This document shows, one piece after another, positions 1 through 12,695 of a stretch of 64,000 bases of DNA. The DNA lies in contig JAQGDQ010000062.1 in NCBI GenBank assembly GCA_030141605.1, forward strand, positions 1 to 64,000, written 5' to 3'. The stretch's first letter is position 1. Every line of letters starts with the position of its first letter. Under the pieces are notes generated by a model, which made no database searches, had not been told where the DNA came from, and saw only the letters and a list, made by a program, of their open reading frames with translations. The position numbers were made by a program, and so were the translations under genes. This stretch comes from Tubiluchus corallicola (lineage: Eukaryota; Animalia; Priapulida).

Positions 1-173
1 TCATCATCGTCATCATCATCGACATAATCATCATGATCATCCTTAATGACACAAACAACAGTACGATGCAATCCTGCTAACTGGCAACAGTTATCAATAA
101 TTATTTATATAATATATATATATATAATATATATATATTTATTGTTTATGCTATAATAAATAAAATCTTTCAG

Positions 174-995
174 ATTCCTCGCAACGGGAGAGTCTTTTCA
201 TGCCATGTCGTTCCATTTGCGACTTGGGGTAACAACAGTTTCGAACGTCGTAAAAGAGACATGCTTGATGCAGCCAGTTTACATGCAAGTACCCGGTGCA
301 CAACAGTGGAGACAAGTTGCCAATGATTTTTCCCTAAGATGGAATTTTCCCATGTGCAGTAGGCGGGAAGCACATTCGACTGAAAGCACCCTTTTCCACT
401 CAATTGATCTTTTAGCAGTTGTGGTTGCCAATGAGAAATTTCTTATCATAGATGTTGGGGCGTACGGCAGTAGTAGTAATGGTGGAATATTTCATTTGGG
501 CAATCTTTGTCATCTGAGAAGCTAAAAATTCCTTTGCCATCGAATGTCCCGAGTACAGATATAGTTTTGCCACACGTTTTCGTGGGAGACGAAGCATTTC
601 CTTTAGGGGAGCACATGACGAAACCATTTGCCCAAAAATTCCTCTCACATGACAAACGAATTTTCAATTATCGCTTGTCAAGAGCTAGACGCCAAGTCGA
701 ATGCTCCTTTGGAATAATGTTAAGCATGTGGCGGATTTTACATCAGCCAATGCAGGTGCAAGTACCTTTTGCGTGTGAAATAGTGAAAGCCATAAGCGTA
801 ATGCATAATTTCATTCTCCATGAAGAGCCTGGTCGGTCTTCCTTAGAAAGAAACGAGCCTAACCAAGCTGTCCTGCCACCAATACAGGATGTAGCCGAAA
901 CGCGTGGACGTTCAGTAAATTCAGCAATGAGTACTAGACAAGCCTTCTTGGATTACTTTATTTCTCCTGCTGGTTCAGTGCCCTGGCAGCAGTAA
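174..995 (+). pseudogene. Degraded PIF/Harbinger (HARBI1-like, DDE_Tnp_4) transposase, 3' exon
   Basis: After the acceptor tctttcag (173) it reads FLATGESFHAMSFHLRLGVTTVSNVVKETC...WNFP, (G)GKHIRLKAP, IDVGAYGSSSNGGIF, FVGDEAFPL, IFNYRLSRARRQVECSFGI. These are typical Harbinger transposase motifs. They are split over frames by frameshifts/deletions, and the first catalytic DGKH appears as GGKH. Confidence 0.9.
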
Positions 996-1452
996 AGCAT
1001 TGCTCGAGGGTAACCTGACTATTTTTCAATTGGTGGTGAAGACAAACGGTAGCAGTTTTAATGAAATCCTGTGCGAAGTCTGAAACTTATCTACTGTAGC
1101 TTTTCTCCTTCTTATTACTAATATGTTGAAGTTGATTATGATTTTGCACGTCCGTATGTTGCAATTTTTACAGCGTGTTTTCTAAGAGAATTTAAATATT
1201 CTAGTTGAATTCATTTCAGATAAAAAAGTGGCTTTTATAAAACTAACAATGTTGTGAAGCTTATTATTTTCTCCCTGTAACAGCACAACAAAGCAATGCA
1301 ATTTTCAGGGCAAAGTCGAAATACTGTGGCAATAGAGAGTATAAATACACTTGTGCACTACAAATTTAAAAAATGCATGCACCATAGCATCGCAAAATCA
1401 AGCCTAAATTTACAGAAACGTTAATTTAATAACAAAACTACATGCATTCTAC

Positions 1453-1576
1453 CTTCAGTATTAAGTTGAAAGGCCAGTTGGGGCCACAGCTGTCTTGTAA
1501 AATCCCTGTGGCTGTATTTGGGATTACTTTTGTCATACAAAGCAGGTCTCATCTCCACAGTGTGTCCGTCCTCCAT
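1453..1576 (-). pseudogene. MADF/Myb-like DNA-binding protein exon, second gene of the Harbinger element
   Basis: MEDGHTVEMRPALYDKSNPKYSHRDFTRQLWPQLAFQLNTE matches the MADF pattern (RPxL[WY]D...Y..R......W..[IL]A..L). It ends at a GAAG|GTAGAA donor and is convergent with the transposase, as in PIF/Harbinger elements. Confidence 0.75.
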
Positions 1577-1907
1577 AATAAAAATGAGCTTTTCCGTCCG
1601 CACAAAAAAGGTTAAACAATTAAGATGGGGATCCTGGCGCATACGAGGTTTTCCGTGCGGACGCAGTGGAAATGACAAACATGTAAAACAATGGTATTCA
1701 AAGGCAATTTTTTTCGGTGTGAGTCATACAGAAAAAGTCTGTGTCTGTGCGGGGCCGCGTATACGTAACACTACTTGGCGATTCGACTGGGAACTAATCT
1801 AATATATTGGACTGAATTTGACTTGACTCGGGAGTCAGCGGATCAAATTCCAGACGGTTTTTTAATACCGCTGTGTGATGATCCGCCTTCTATAGCTGCT
1901 CTTTTAA

Positions 1908-2365
1908 CCCTTTCATACCCATTGTATCCCGTGGGATACGAGAATATTTTCTGCCGTCAAAATTAATAAAATTTTAAAACTGACAGTTATTTGATCTGTT
2001 AATAGTTATTTTGATTTAAGCCAATAACAATAGACTAAAAATGGTGATAACATGGCAAACTAGAAAATCTACATAGCATAAAAACTGCACAAGGTACAGT
2101 ACTTTAGAGACGACTTTGTACAGATCAGCATAGCAGGCATACCAAATGTCTTAAATACTTTTAAAAATTATCAGCAGTTACAAAATGAAGCACATTTTAT
2201 GCTTCCATTGAATCCCAATGTATCCCGTGGGATACAGGCTATATTTAGCACGCGGGCACAGGTAGAAAAAAAGAATTATTATGTGTAAACAAGATGGACA
2301 TACTGAACAAAAGTACCAAGCCAAAAAAAATTTTCTTATTAAAAAATAATTTGGGACTGAAAGGG
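1908..2365. mobile_element. piggyBac-type non-autonomous element (MITE)
   Basis: TTAA (1904-1907) | CCCTTTCATACCCA ... TGGGACTGAAAGGG | TTAA (2366-2369): CCC-starting terminal inverted repeats and a TTAA target duplication. Confidence 0.8.
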
Positions 2366-3561
2366 TTAATAATGTAATTAATTATTTAACTAATGAAATT
2401 TGATGAAATTCTTTAACTACAAACGTTGGCGTAACTAATAATGAATCATTTGGGAAATAATTTACATTATATCTCTCGTAGACATTTACATATGTCTCCC
2501 GACATACACACGAAATAGAACAGTATAACAAACATTTATTATCAGCACTTTTATAAACAAAAAGGGGACAAAATACACAAAAAATTCTGATTAAACTAAC
2601 AGCACTAAGATACAGGCCGAGGAGACCTTTGACCTCTACATGTTTTTATACTGCCATTTCAGACTAGCTGGCTTCTCACACCACGTGTAAGTCCAAAACT
2701 AAATGTCTGGATCTGCATGGAAGAGGCGAATCACTGCTAGCCTAGAAGCAGGGCGGGCAGAGGACCCTATGCCTGACACGAAAACAGGCGTGTCTGTAAC
2801 AGTATTAATCTTTAATCTCATTTTTTTTACTGAAGTTGTAAGCCAGGAACAAGTTTTACACTTGTCGGGATCACTTTTATTGCCAACCAATTTAGCACCT
2901 GTGTGAATTTAGGATTATTGTGCTTTTGTATAGTTGGTTCAATGTTAAAACTCAACTCTGTGTATATAAATTACGCGTTCAGTCTTAATATAGTTATGCA
3001 TTTGCAGAGTAATATATATTTGCTTAGACGTATATTAAATTTTCTTATTTATAATCGTTTATAATTAACTATAGAAGCCTATCAGATATCATTGCAACCG
3101 GAGGAACAACGTTTTACTGTGGCAGTAACGACTCCATTTGCCCCTTTTAAAAAGTCGCCAGCTTACAAATTATTAGAAACGCTATTAAATTTCTTGTCAA
3201 TATAAGGAGCCACGCGCCATGCCAGACGTACCATAGAAAAATGTTTAGAGCAAGTTTGGTGTCATCAAAGATAACAAAAGAACAGGCAAACAGAAAACAT
3301 AAGCAGCTAAGACAACGATGCTGGCTGCAGTTGCAACAGCAGCAAGAGGAGGACTACTACAGCCGTTGCCACAATAGTAGCAGCTGAAGTGGCATATAGC
3401 ACTGTTGCCAAGCTGAAGCCACTAGCACAGCTACAAGTTCCTACCCACCAGAGCCACAGCCGTAACAATACAACAGATAACAAATAAAATTAGAAAGCCA
3501 TGCAATATTATATACAATACTAGTTTTCTTTCTATTTGTACAATCTTACGCATTTTGTAGT

Positions 3562-3600
3562 ACACACGTCACTGGGCGGTGGGTGCACACCCTCCCTCCC
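3562..3600 (+). promoter_or_regulatory. Candidate proximal promoter elements (CRE half-site ACGTCA, GC-box GGGCGG)
   Basis: CACACGTCACTGGGCGGTGGG is a short GC-rich patch ~200 bp upstream of the signal-peptide ATG in AT-rich DNA. Confidence 0.25.
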
Positions 3601-3768
3601 ACACAATCCTGTTGTGAAGACATGCGCACTTAACGTGAAGTGTAAATCTCAAGTAGAAGCTAATATAGGATCAAGCTGCGCAAATCATCATCGCAAACTT
3701 GCCTTTTTGTGAGACAAATTTGAAAAGCTTAGTTAGTGATTAAAACAAGTTTTGCACTAATATAGAAA

Positions 3769-3897
3769 ATGGCTTCGTCAACAGCGGGTTTAGTACAATT
3801 AATAACAGTCTTCGTTTTAGTCTGCTTAGTTGCAGTAACAAATTGTAGAAGTTTTTCATCGAGTTCTCATACAGGTGACGTTTCACGATTTGATCCG
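3769..3897 (+). CDS. AstC: Allatostatin-C-type prepropeptide, coding exon 1 (signal peptide)
   Basis: AAAATGG start, then MASSTAGLVQLITVFVLVCLVAVTNC|RSFSSSSHTGDVSRFDP (hydrophobic core plus small-residue cleavage site). It ends at a perfect CCG|GTAAGT donor in phase 0, matching the phase-0 exon at 40805. The link to exon 2 is inferred. Confidence 0.7.
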
Positions 3898-4236
3898 GTA
3901 AGTTGACTTAATTTACACTTAAATACAAGTCCAGTTCTAACAGTTGCACCAAATATATCTTTGGAGTGATTTTATTTCTTTATTATCTAATTATTTACTT
4001 GTTTTTATTATTTATGAACTGTTTTTATTTGTTTATGCTCTGTATTATAAATTAAAAGACGTAAATTATAGCTTGTTAAAACTGTAACGACGATAGTATA
4101 TGATGATAGTAAACCCAAGCCTATAGCATAATTCCTTGTTGTTATGGCTCCTGGTTAGCAAGACTGGGACATTGGTTCACAATTTTTACTGATTTGCATG
4201 AAATGTCCGTGTAATTTGGTAGGAATAGACCTATCA

Positions 4237-4360
4237 CCGGGTGGCGTAGCTCAATGATAGCTTATTTACCACCCGGGAGGTCGTGGGTTCAACTCTCGAT
4301 CAAGCCATACGAAAGACATGAAAAATGATACCGCTGGTTCTTTGACCAAACACGCGAATC
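4237..4360 (+). mobile_element. tRNA-derived SINE (degenerate)
   Basis: Box A-like GTAGCTCAATGATAG and box B-like GGTTCAACTCTCG, then a CCATACGAAAGAC...AAAAATGATACC body shared with the copy at 11400-11520. Confidence 0.65.
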
Positions 4361-5077
4361 TATCGAAATAAAGTGCGGGTAATAATGATCGGGACCAATT
4401 GGAAATAAGTATTGAGTTACTTAAGGTGTTATCTTTGGACTATATCCTAAATGAAATTATTATTATTATCAGAGAAGCACGCAGATGTCGCTTGTGTATG
4501 CAGCTGCAAAAGACCGTTGTTATTTTTCTCGCTTTCTCAAGCTACAACATGTAGGCCTAAACTATAGATAAGCTTGTGTGTTTACCGCATTCCATAATCA
4601 TAATAAAGTGATTTATATAAAGACTTGTTATCTGTACGTGGCAGAATAAAATTTTGTGTCCCTCCCCAAATAACATTAGATATGACATTTTTCCTAGTAA
4701 AATAAAAATTATGATGTAGACTTGTGGGCGATTTTCGGGAGTAATTATTTAGTTATTATTTCACGAGTTACTTACAGGACAAGAAAAGGTTTACCTAAAG
4801 TAGGTTTCAGAAAAATCGCCTTAAAAATTATATTACTTTATAGCAAAATTTGAGCCGTACGAACTCGAGTTGAAAGGAATTTTTGTTTGTTTTCATTTTT
4901 AATCTCCCGCAGTACTGTTTCGACAGCGCCATTACGTGACGTCATGTTAATGTTAAACTATGACCCAAAAACTTTCTCTTACCTGCTTGAAAGATTTATA
5001 TACCTAACTAGAAAAGAAAATTATTGGTTATTTAAAATGCTTTCACCAGTTGGTAAAATGTCGCTGACTCACCCTCC

Positions 5078-5285
5078 AGGGGGCACCACTCACTAACCAA
5101 AATCGTATTTTTAATCTTATTGACAAGATACACAGTAATTTAAAATTTTACTCTGTTAGTGACGAGTGTGTTATGAATGCTCTGATTATTTTTTCAAACT
5201 TTAAACAATGTTATCCAAACTTGTTTCAAATGACCTCTCATCAAAATGGCAACGTTTAACGGTCATCGCGGGAGTTTAAATTTAA
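5078..5285 (+). repeat. Dispersed repeat, possibly a DNA-transposon end; inverted copy at 10116-10302
   Basis: TTAATCTTATTGACAAGA...ATGAATG.TCTGATTA...AAAATGGC.ACG..TAAC.GTCA.CG.GGGAGTTTAAATTTA is the reverse complement of 10116-10302. Confidence 0.6.
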
Positions 5286-6694
5286 ATGTTTTATACAATT
5301 TTATACATGTTTTATGCAAAATACAGCATGCAAGTGGTATGAAATTTCAAGACGAATTTTTTAAGCTTGATGTAAGTTGAGGGTTTCTTTGTGCTTTAGC
5401 ACTGCTGTGAACCAAAAATCACCAAGTTTTGAAACCAAAATTTCACAGAAAAAGGAAATATGGAAAAGTCGAGAATGATCCAGGGTTTGAACCCTACAAC
5501 AAATTTAGATTACACTAGATCACCAGAGCCTGACGTAATTGATGACGTGCATAGTGAAAAAAATATGCATGGAAGAGCGATTATGAGCATTTATTGAATT
5601 CCTTGGCATTGTCCCCAGCAGAGTTTTTCTTTTTGGGAAAAAAGTTTAAGTGAGCCATAATGAAAAGTATCTTTGCTATGTACTAAAGCGACAGCCTAAA
5701 AAGTGATGCCGATATCTTGAACCAGCCAGGATTATTTTTCTTTGTTTGCTTTAATTGCTTTGCTTTGCTTTGCCATTTATTTATATTAGGAGAGTTGATA
5801 ACTGTTCTGTACATATCAAACAGGTATTATTCTAATCATATTGTACTCAGATTTACTGTTACAGTTTCCAGATGAAATTGAATCCGTACAGCATTTTTAC
5901 ACTTAGATCTGAGTATAATGCTACTATGAGAATTTTTTAAATTATAATTACGGCATTAGAGCATCTTATACATACTGAGGGCAGTGAACAGTGTATCACA
6001 TTTCACTGTTATCAGAAGAAAAGCTACTTATTGTATTTCCTCTAGAGTGAATTATTACGAAGTGACATATGTAATTGCATTATTATTGTCTTTTTAATGT
6101 GTCAGATGGAAAATATAAGTCGAACTTCGTGTTGCACAGGACAAATACGAATACGATAACTTTGCTTTGTATATAATATTTTTTACTGTAATATCTTATA
6201 AGACACTTTAGGTATACATTATTAATATTGAGTGCCTAAGTTTACAACATATCTTTGTATATATTTATGCATGGTTTTAAGCTGAAATAAACTGATAAGC
6301 ATTAAACAACAAACTTCATAAGTTTCAAGTTTGGTGTCGGTCAACTTTGTTTGAAAAATGCAGTAACTGTGAGTTAGTGAAATTACGCGCAGACGATATA
6401 AAGCTTGAAAGCAATGTTTTTAAAATCCATGTGAAAGTTCATTAGTGTAGTCCCTAACCCTATTTCGTGTTTTGACCTCTCCTAGTTATAGTTTTGTCTC
6501 TCCTACGGTAAAGTTTTTTGGGATTTATTGTTAATGAGGCGAGGTGCACGGCTGAGTAGTTAAGGCATCTTACTGGCGACAGAAGTTGGGATTGACACCG
6601 AGGCTGGTCTGTGAGTGAAGGAGTGAAGTGCTTTGATTCTCCTTGTATTTAATTTCATTTATCACGCTGAGCGTCTCTCTCATTGAGCAAGGAT

Positions 6695-7862
6695 CGGGGC
6701 CCGGCTCTACCACTAGGCAAACTAGGCGCCAAATTTTGGGAGGCACCCAATTATAGAGCAATTCTTTAATTTTTAAGTTAAACTTTACGCATAAGCATTA
6801 TTGCTTTATGTATAAGTAATAACAATTCATAGTTATATTATATTTAATTGCCAATATTTATTTGCTTAAGTTTATAGTTTTACATGAAACGAACCATTTG
6901 CGTTTTTTCCTTTAATTTATCGACGCTAGCAAGTGGATTGTAGCGTTATGAACGTATTGATTATAACGTTACAAATGTATTGATTATGACTTTATAAACG
7001 TATAGATCATAACGTTATAAATGTATTGATTATGACGTTATAAACGTATTGATTATGACCTTATAAGCGTATTGACTATAACGTTATAAACGTATTGATC
7101 ACAACGTTTTAAACGTATTGGTTATGACGTTATAAACGTATTGATCATAACGTTATAAACGTATTGACTATGACGTTATAAACGTATTGACTACAACGTT
7201 ATAAACGAATATAATACATATATTCCGGCAGCAAAACACTTTCTCCTTTTGCTGTATCTGGTATCGTAAGATTACGCCACTTCACTCAGACACTGCTGGC
7301 GTGCTACCCTGCTTGGCTGCCTCTTTTGTATGGCGAGTATACATAGAGTAGAGGAGCTTTGCAAATGCTTATTGTAATAATCCTTCCGTTAATAAAAAAG
7401 GTTAGGGAATAATAAATATTCAGGAGTGGAATGCAGCTAACGAAAGGTAAAATCTCTAATAAGTTGCAATGATATCAGAGTTATAGTTGTGAAGGTGATG
7501 GAGCTAGCTAAATGTATATATACGTGGAAAAGAGGAGCTACGGTTTAAAGAAATCTTTCGATGAAAGGGTTGGGGTCTAGTCCAGAGTAGCAGAAATTTC
7601 ATTGCTCGTGAAGACCCAGCACGTGCAATAAGGTCATAAATTTAATCTCAATTTCAACCACCAAAGCATTAGTAAGCTTAATTACTAATTATAATACACG
7701 TATAAGCCTAACACACAGGTACCATTGTGCATAATTACAATATTATGAAAGAAAAGTTTAATTTCGAGGGTGTGGTCAGAACCGTGGGGAATGGATTGAT
7801 CGTTGAGGAGGGGGCTAAAAATATTTTTGCCTAGGGCGCCAAATAACCTAGAGCCGGCCCTG
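6695..7862. mobile_element. hAT-type non-autonomous DNA transposon
   Basis: Terminal inverted repeats CGGGGCCCGGCTCTA ... TAGAGCCGGCCCTG, with an 8-bp target duplication GCAAGGAT (6687-6694) / GCGAGGAT (7863-7870). Confidence 0.85.
6944..7208. repeat. 23-bp minisatellite (~11 copies), consensus ACGTTATAAACGTATTGATTATR
   Basis: Head-to-tail tandem units with no spacers, inside the hAT MITE. Confidence 0.9.
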
Positions 7863-10115
7863 GCGAGGATATACACACATCCGAACGTAAACCCAATTTG
7901 AGTTGACCGGCTACTAAATGCTGGATTCCGGCTTGCAGAGATCCGAGTTGTGTAAAAAAATGAAGCAGTCTCAAGAAATATTTATTGTTATGCGCAGCGA
8001 AAAAAAAAAGAAAACAGACTGTTGGTTTGCCGAATGGCCAGGCCGCAGAGGCAACAAGTTCTGTCCTTTTATCTATTATAGAAAACAGTAAACTGAGCAG
8101 TAGGCAAACCTTAATAAAGCAGGCAGCGATTATGTGGACAAAGGCACTCATGTCAGCTGAAACGGGAGCGTATTGTATTCCAGCATATTTTCCGGTGCGT
8201 GTAATTTACTGTTATCTGACTCGTGCGTCAACAATACGTGTGTCTCTACCTAAACCGCTATTATTAGATTACACTGTGCTTGTACCCGAGAAAAAATACT
8301 TCGACAAATATTATATAATGCTTAATTACAAAGTTTGTATTATTTTAGAATATGTGGATTTGAATGAGAACAGTAAACCACTTAGCATAAAGTGCGCAGA
8401 ATCAAGAAAGTATGGAGATTAATTGATAAAAATAAAGTAGCTTGAAATTGACATTTTAGAGAGAATGACAATCACTGACGGTATCTACTTATCAGACTAT
8501 ATGACATGTATCAACCATTGTATTGTATAATGTCATTTAACACGATACGGTGTACAATAAGTCTGAATATCGTTAATACATTACGATGTGATATGATATG
8601 ACGTGAAATGATAGTAGTTCTGCTGCAGGTACACCATATGATAATTTCTTAGCGCCTTAGCAGAGGCGAATTAACTTGCGATTCTCTCCCATTAAGCTTC
8701 CTATAGAAAAGAAACATTATTACTGTTTTGATGACTTGGATGTTTTTCTGTCATTGCGTGCTGAAAAAATGTTTTTTGCTATTGCGGATTGAGAAGAGCG
8801 AATAGGAAAAGCCTGTGGTTCGAAGATGTACTCAGACAATTTTTCTGAATATCACGAAGAATATAACTTCTGTGCATTTGTCAAGGGTATCTCTGAGCAC
8901 CGAACGACACAAAGATGCATTGGGCCTTTATATACTGTGTGTGTAACTGAGCCTTCATAATCCGAATGCTTCCACGCTTCACACCCCCAGTACAATAAAT
9001 ACATGTGGACAAGCTGGTTTTCTATCAAGGAACCAGGATAATAAACAAGATAGTAGAATGCAGTCTAGTTTAGGATCGCAAGTTATTCTACAACGTAAAC
9101 AATTATAAACTTTTATTTGTCCCCACTCTTGTTTGCTCGAGAACTGATGAGTGAGATCATAAAAAGAGAAGACAACTTCTCTGGTAGGCCTTCATTTATA
9201 TTTAAACTGAGAGCTAAGACCTATGTCCCAGCATGCAACAGCGAGGCGGCAGATGCATCACTGTAGATAAATGTATTTAGATCAATTAAATAGGAACTAA
9301 TTAGTTAGATTGTGTCTTAACACCACCAGTCTTCTGCTGAATATCAAGAGGCTGAAACTTCCTTTATTGGTTCAAGTTGAAAGTATTATTACTGTCTCAA
9401 GAAGCGTTTGCACTTATTTTTTCTTTTTCTTTACGCATTCTAAGTATTTATCACTAATAAACAATATAAGCTGCGCAAGAGATGGATTATATAATGTAAT
9501 ATTTCGATCTGGCTGCTAAGATGGGAGTCGAAAGATTTTATCAAAAATATATCTGTAGGCACTTAATCGAGCCATTTGATAATAATAAAAAAACAATAAA
9601 GCAAATCTGTTGCTAGCGCAATAAATTTCTTCTTTAGTTTTCTGTAGTAAAACCAACTTTTCAGGGTTTAAAAATCCTTTTCTAGGGTTTCTGAAAGTTA
9701 GAAATATGGAAGGAACAAAAATAATGAAATACAACCAGCCAAACTGCTAAAACATGTGCTGATAAAAAGGAAAAAGGGAAAATTTATAACATTTATTTCT
9801 ATATATTAGTACACTATATCATTATTAATATAATATAATTATTATTATACGAAATCCAAAGAAACCTTACAAAAGCGTAGACGTTCAATTAGGTAGGGTT
9901 AAATGTGGAAGCACCACGTGGACGAACGTGCATTTTTGACATCCTTGGTGGCAGCAGACCTGGTACTGACAACTTCAATGCTTACCACTTTAGCGCTCGC
10001 AACAAGGAACGTTTAAAGACAAGAACACATTGGATAAAAGCTTTTTTACTTTTAACTAGCATAAAAATTTGTCTTAAAATTTGATATCACCTAATGCAAC
10101 GCTGTATAAAGCTTG

Positions 10116-10302
10116 TAAATTTAAACTCCCCGGTGACAGTTAGGCGTAGCCATTTTAACGGTCAGGTGTTGAGTAAGAAATTTAATTAAGTCAAAAAATT
10201 AATCAGACATTCATAGCTCATACTTTACTAACCAAACAAGAGGGCAACTTACTCTTGTCAATAAGATTAAATATGTTTTCTTGGTGAGACAGTGACCTTT
10301 TA
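10116..10302 (-). repeat. Dispersed repeat, inverted copy of 5078-5285
   Basis: Reverse-complement match. The end reads AAAGGTCACTGTCTCACC on the minus strand, reminiscent of a Kolobok-like terminus. Confidence 0.55.
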
Positions 10303-11399
10303 GCAGTTGGCGCGAACTTTATAATGGCTAAGAATCTTGTTTTTCCAGTTGCACATGTCCTTCAAACATGTAAGCGTAATGCTAATTAATATAATTTTGT
10401 ATGTATGGTTTTTTTGGATACACTTTAAAATTCCCCTGTCTTCCACTTTAAAGTATGTGTTCGTTTGGGCAGCCTTTACGAAGCGACAGACTGAGTGCCC
10501 ATAAGGGTCTATGACCAGCACCCGCTGTAAAACCTACGCATTGTACAACGTTTCAGTACAAAAATCTTTTTTTATTTTGACCCAATTTACCCTAACAAAA
10601 ACTCATGACAGACCCTATTTTTAATGCAAAAATTTTCTTTGAAGTCACTTATTATGAAGGCGAAAAATGGATTTATTGGGTCGCTACGTCACTTACAGAC
10701 TGACCTTGAGTGGTGCATGTATTTAATCCTACGTATGCAGCCCTGGACTCAGCTTCAGGGTACACGGACGTCGGACCTCATACAGTTTAAAACCAGGAAG
10801 GGGTAGCCTATGAGACTTTGTCCAAAGTTCACCTTTTACTTTTTAAAAATTGAACATTGCTTTGTAAATCCGCAAAAGGGAAAATATTTCTACGTGTCAA
10901 TTGCAGCAACTTGACTAACTACAGTCGTACACTAATTAAGCTGCTTCAGCACAGTAGGCCACATTTTGGCCCAAAGGCGAGCCCGGATTAGTGCTATACA
11001 CATGCAGGTATGCTTAATCAATGAAAAAACTCACTGCAGTATACCACAGCATAGAATATAGACTAATAAATAGAACATTTTATTTCTTAATCAACCAATC
11101 AAAAGCGCTTCGAGCTGTTATACAGCTGTTTAGAGTCACTTTAGAATAACTGCGCAATCACTGCTGCACTGCGAACTTATATCATGGATTGCAAATGTTC
11201 TGTTGTTTTTTGCTCGGCGTTTTGTTCACTAGTAATGTAAGAGTTATTGTAGTGATAGTTGCTGCTTGATGCAAGTTGAGCAATGAGTTTAGATAGTAAT
11301 CTTTATTTAAAGTCTCAATTAACATTAGCCCAAAGAGCTATTATCGCCGACTGTAAATAACAATCTACAACCACATAACAGAGACTATTATTATCCCAT

Positions 11400-11520
11400 T
11401 TTTACCCTAAATACCATGCGTCAAGCAGGGCAACAGCAGGTACCAATTTTTGGTATTACCCGCTCGCTGAATCGAACTCATGACCTCTCGGACCGAAAGC
11501 GGACGCGTTACCCCGTCTGG
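11400..11520 (-). mobile_element. tRNA-derived SINE, same family as 4237-4360
   Basis: The minus strand reads GGTAACGCGTCCGCTTTCGGTCCGAGAGGTCATGAGTTCGATTC...AAAAATTGGTACCTGCTGTTGCCCTGCTTG (tRNA-like head with box B plus the shared body). Confidence 0.7.
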
Positions 11521-11979
11521 TCTTAGCGAAGGCTAAGCCATTTGGTCAAAGTTTGCACGTGCAAACAAAACTGTATGTTGCACGTGTAAACAAAACTGTA
11601 TGTTTCTAATGCAACATAAGCAACATCTAATAATTAATTCTTACATTTGAATGTTATAGAGTCACCCATAAGGCTGAATGACATTCGGAAATTGAAACAC
11701 AGGTTACACTAATTGTTTACTGCGTCTCTATTTCCGTTTCTAAAGCACTTCTTAATTATAACTTCTGTTAGGCGACTCGTGTTTTCTTTCGCTCGCTCTT
11801 CGTAATTAGTAAACTCAAGAGCTTGTTGACCTGCTAAGGAAACTAACGACCAAATACAGACAATGAGCTTAGATGTTACTGGAGCCAGAAAATATTTTCG
11901 TGTTTTCTTGGCCTGTAAGATCTGTTGGCAGTAGGCATCTTATAAAGAACAGTCAGTTAAAATAAGTAAAGACGTTAAT

Positions 11980-12690
11980 TCGTGCATTCATTCATTCATA
12001 CATTCGTTCGTTTGTTCGTTCGTTCTTTTTTTCGGTCGTTCGTTCTTTCGTTCGTTCATTCATTCATTCGTTTAGTCAATTTCCCAGTCAATCAGTTACC
12101 CAGTCGCCATTTGGTCGGTCACTCAGCTAATTAACCAGTTAGCCAGCCGACACGAAAGCAACAAAATAACAAGTGAAGCAAGTAAATTAGCTAGTAAACA
12201 AGTGTGCTTGTGAATTAGTAAACAAACAAATCAACCAAACAAAACAAACGAATAAACGACAAAGAATTATTGATCAAACAAATAAAAAGTTGGACAGATC
12301 AAATGGCAAATGAATAGACAAATAATTACATGATTAGTTAATCATGTAACAAGCAAGCAAGCAAACGAATAAACAAAAACGAAGAAACACATATATAAAT
12401 AAGCAAACATACAAGTATCAACCGAATAGGTGAAAAGTAAGTAAATGAATGAACAAACAAACGAACGAACGAACGAACGAACGAACAAACGAACGAACGA
12501 ACGCAAAGACCAACACGCCAATTACTACATGACTACCCTATGAACAGCCAGTCGATAAGGCATGGTATGATCAACCAACTGGTAAATAACGAGCAAGCAA
12601 ACAAACAAAAATGCTTAAAAGATAAATGTAGGAACGAATAAAAAATCAAATAATGAATGAATGAGCAACCAAATGATTAATCGATTGACC
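11980..12690. repeat. Degenerate tetranucleotide region: (TTCG/TTCA)n followed by (AACG/AAAC)n
   Basis: Visible simple repeats at ~11985-12070 and ~12440-12505 in a low-complexity tract. Confidence 0.8.
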
Positions 12691-12695
12691 AACCA

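Larger units (their letters stand above)
174..1757. mobile_element. PIF/Harbinger DNA transposon relic (right part)
   Basis: Convergent transposase and MADF genes. A possible terminus lies at ...GTCTGTGCGGGGCC (~1757); the left end is not visible. Confidence 0.7.
6540..8060 (+). mobile_element. tRNA-derived SINE-like element interrupted by a hAT MITE
   Basis: Box A-like GGCTGAGTAGTTAAGGC at ~6550. The GC-richer body stops at 6694 and resumes at 7863. Confidence 0.45.

Noticed and set aside
3315-3480. GCA-rich, coding-looking tract (also 30700-30790)
   Set aside because: Degenerate trinucleotide repeat without convincing splice sites or a domain.
4237-4310. tRNA gene
   Set aside because: No complete cloverleaf; it continues into a SINE body shared with 11400-11520.
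6944-7208. CRISPR-like regular repeats (also 32370-32818)
   Set aside because: No unique spacers, no cas genes, and a eukaryotic context; these are minisatellites.
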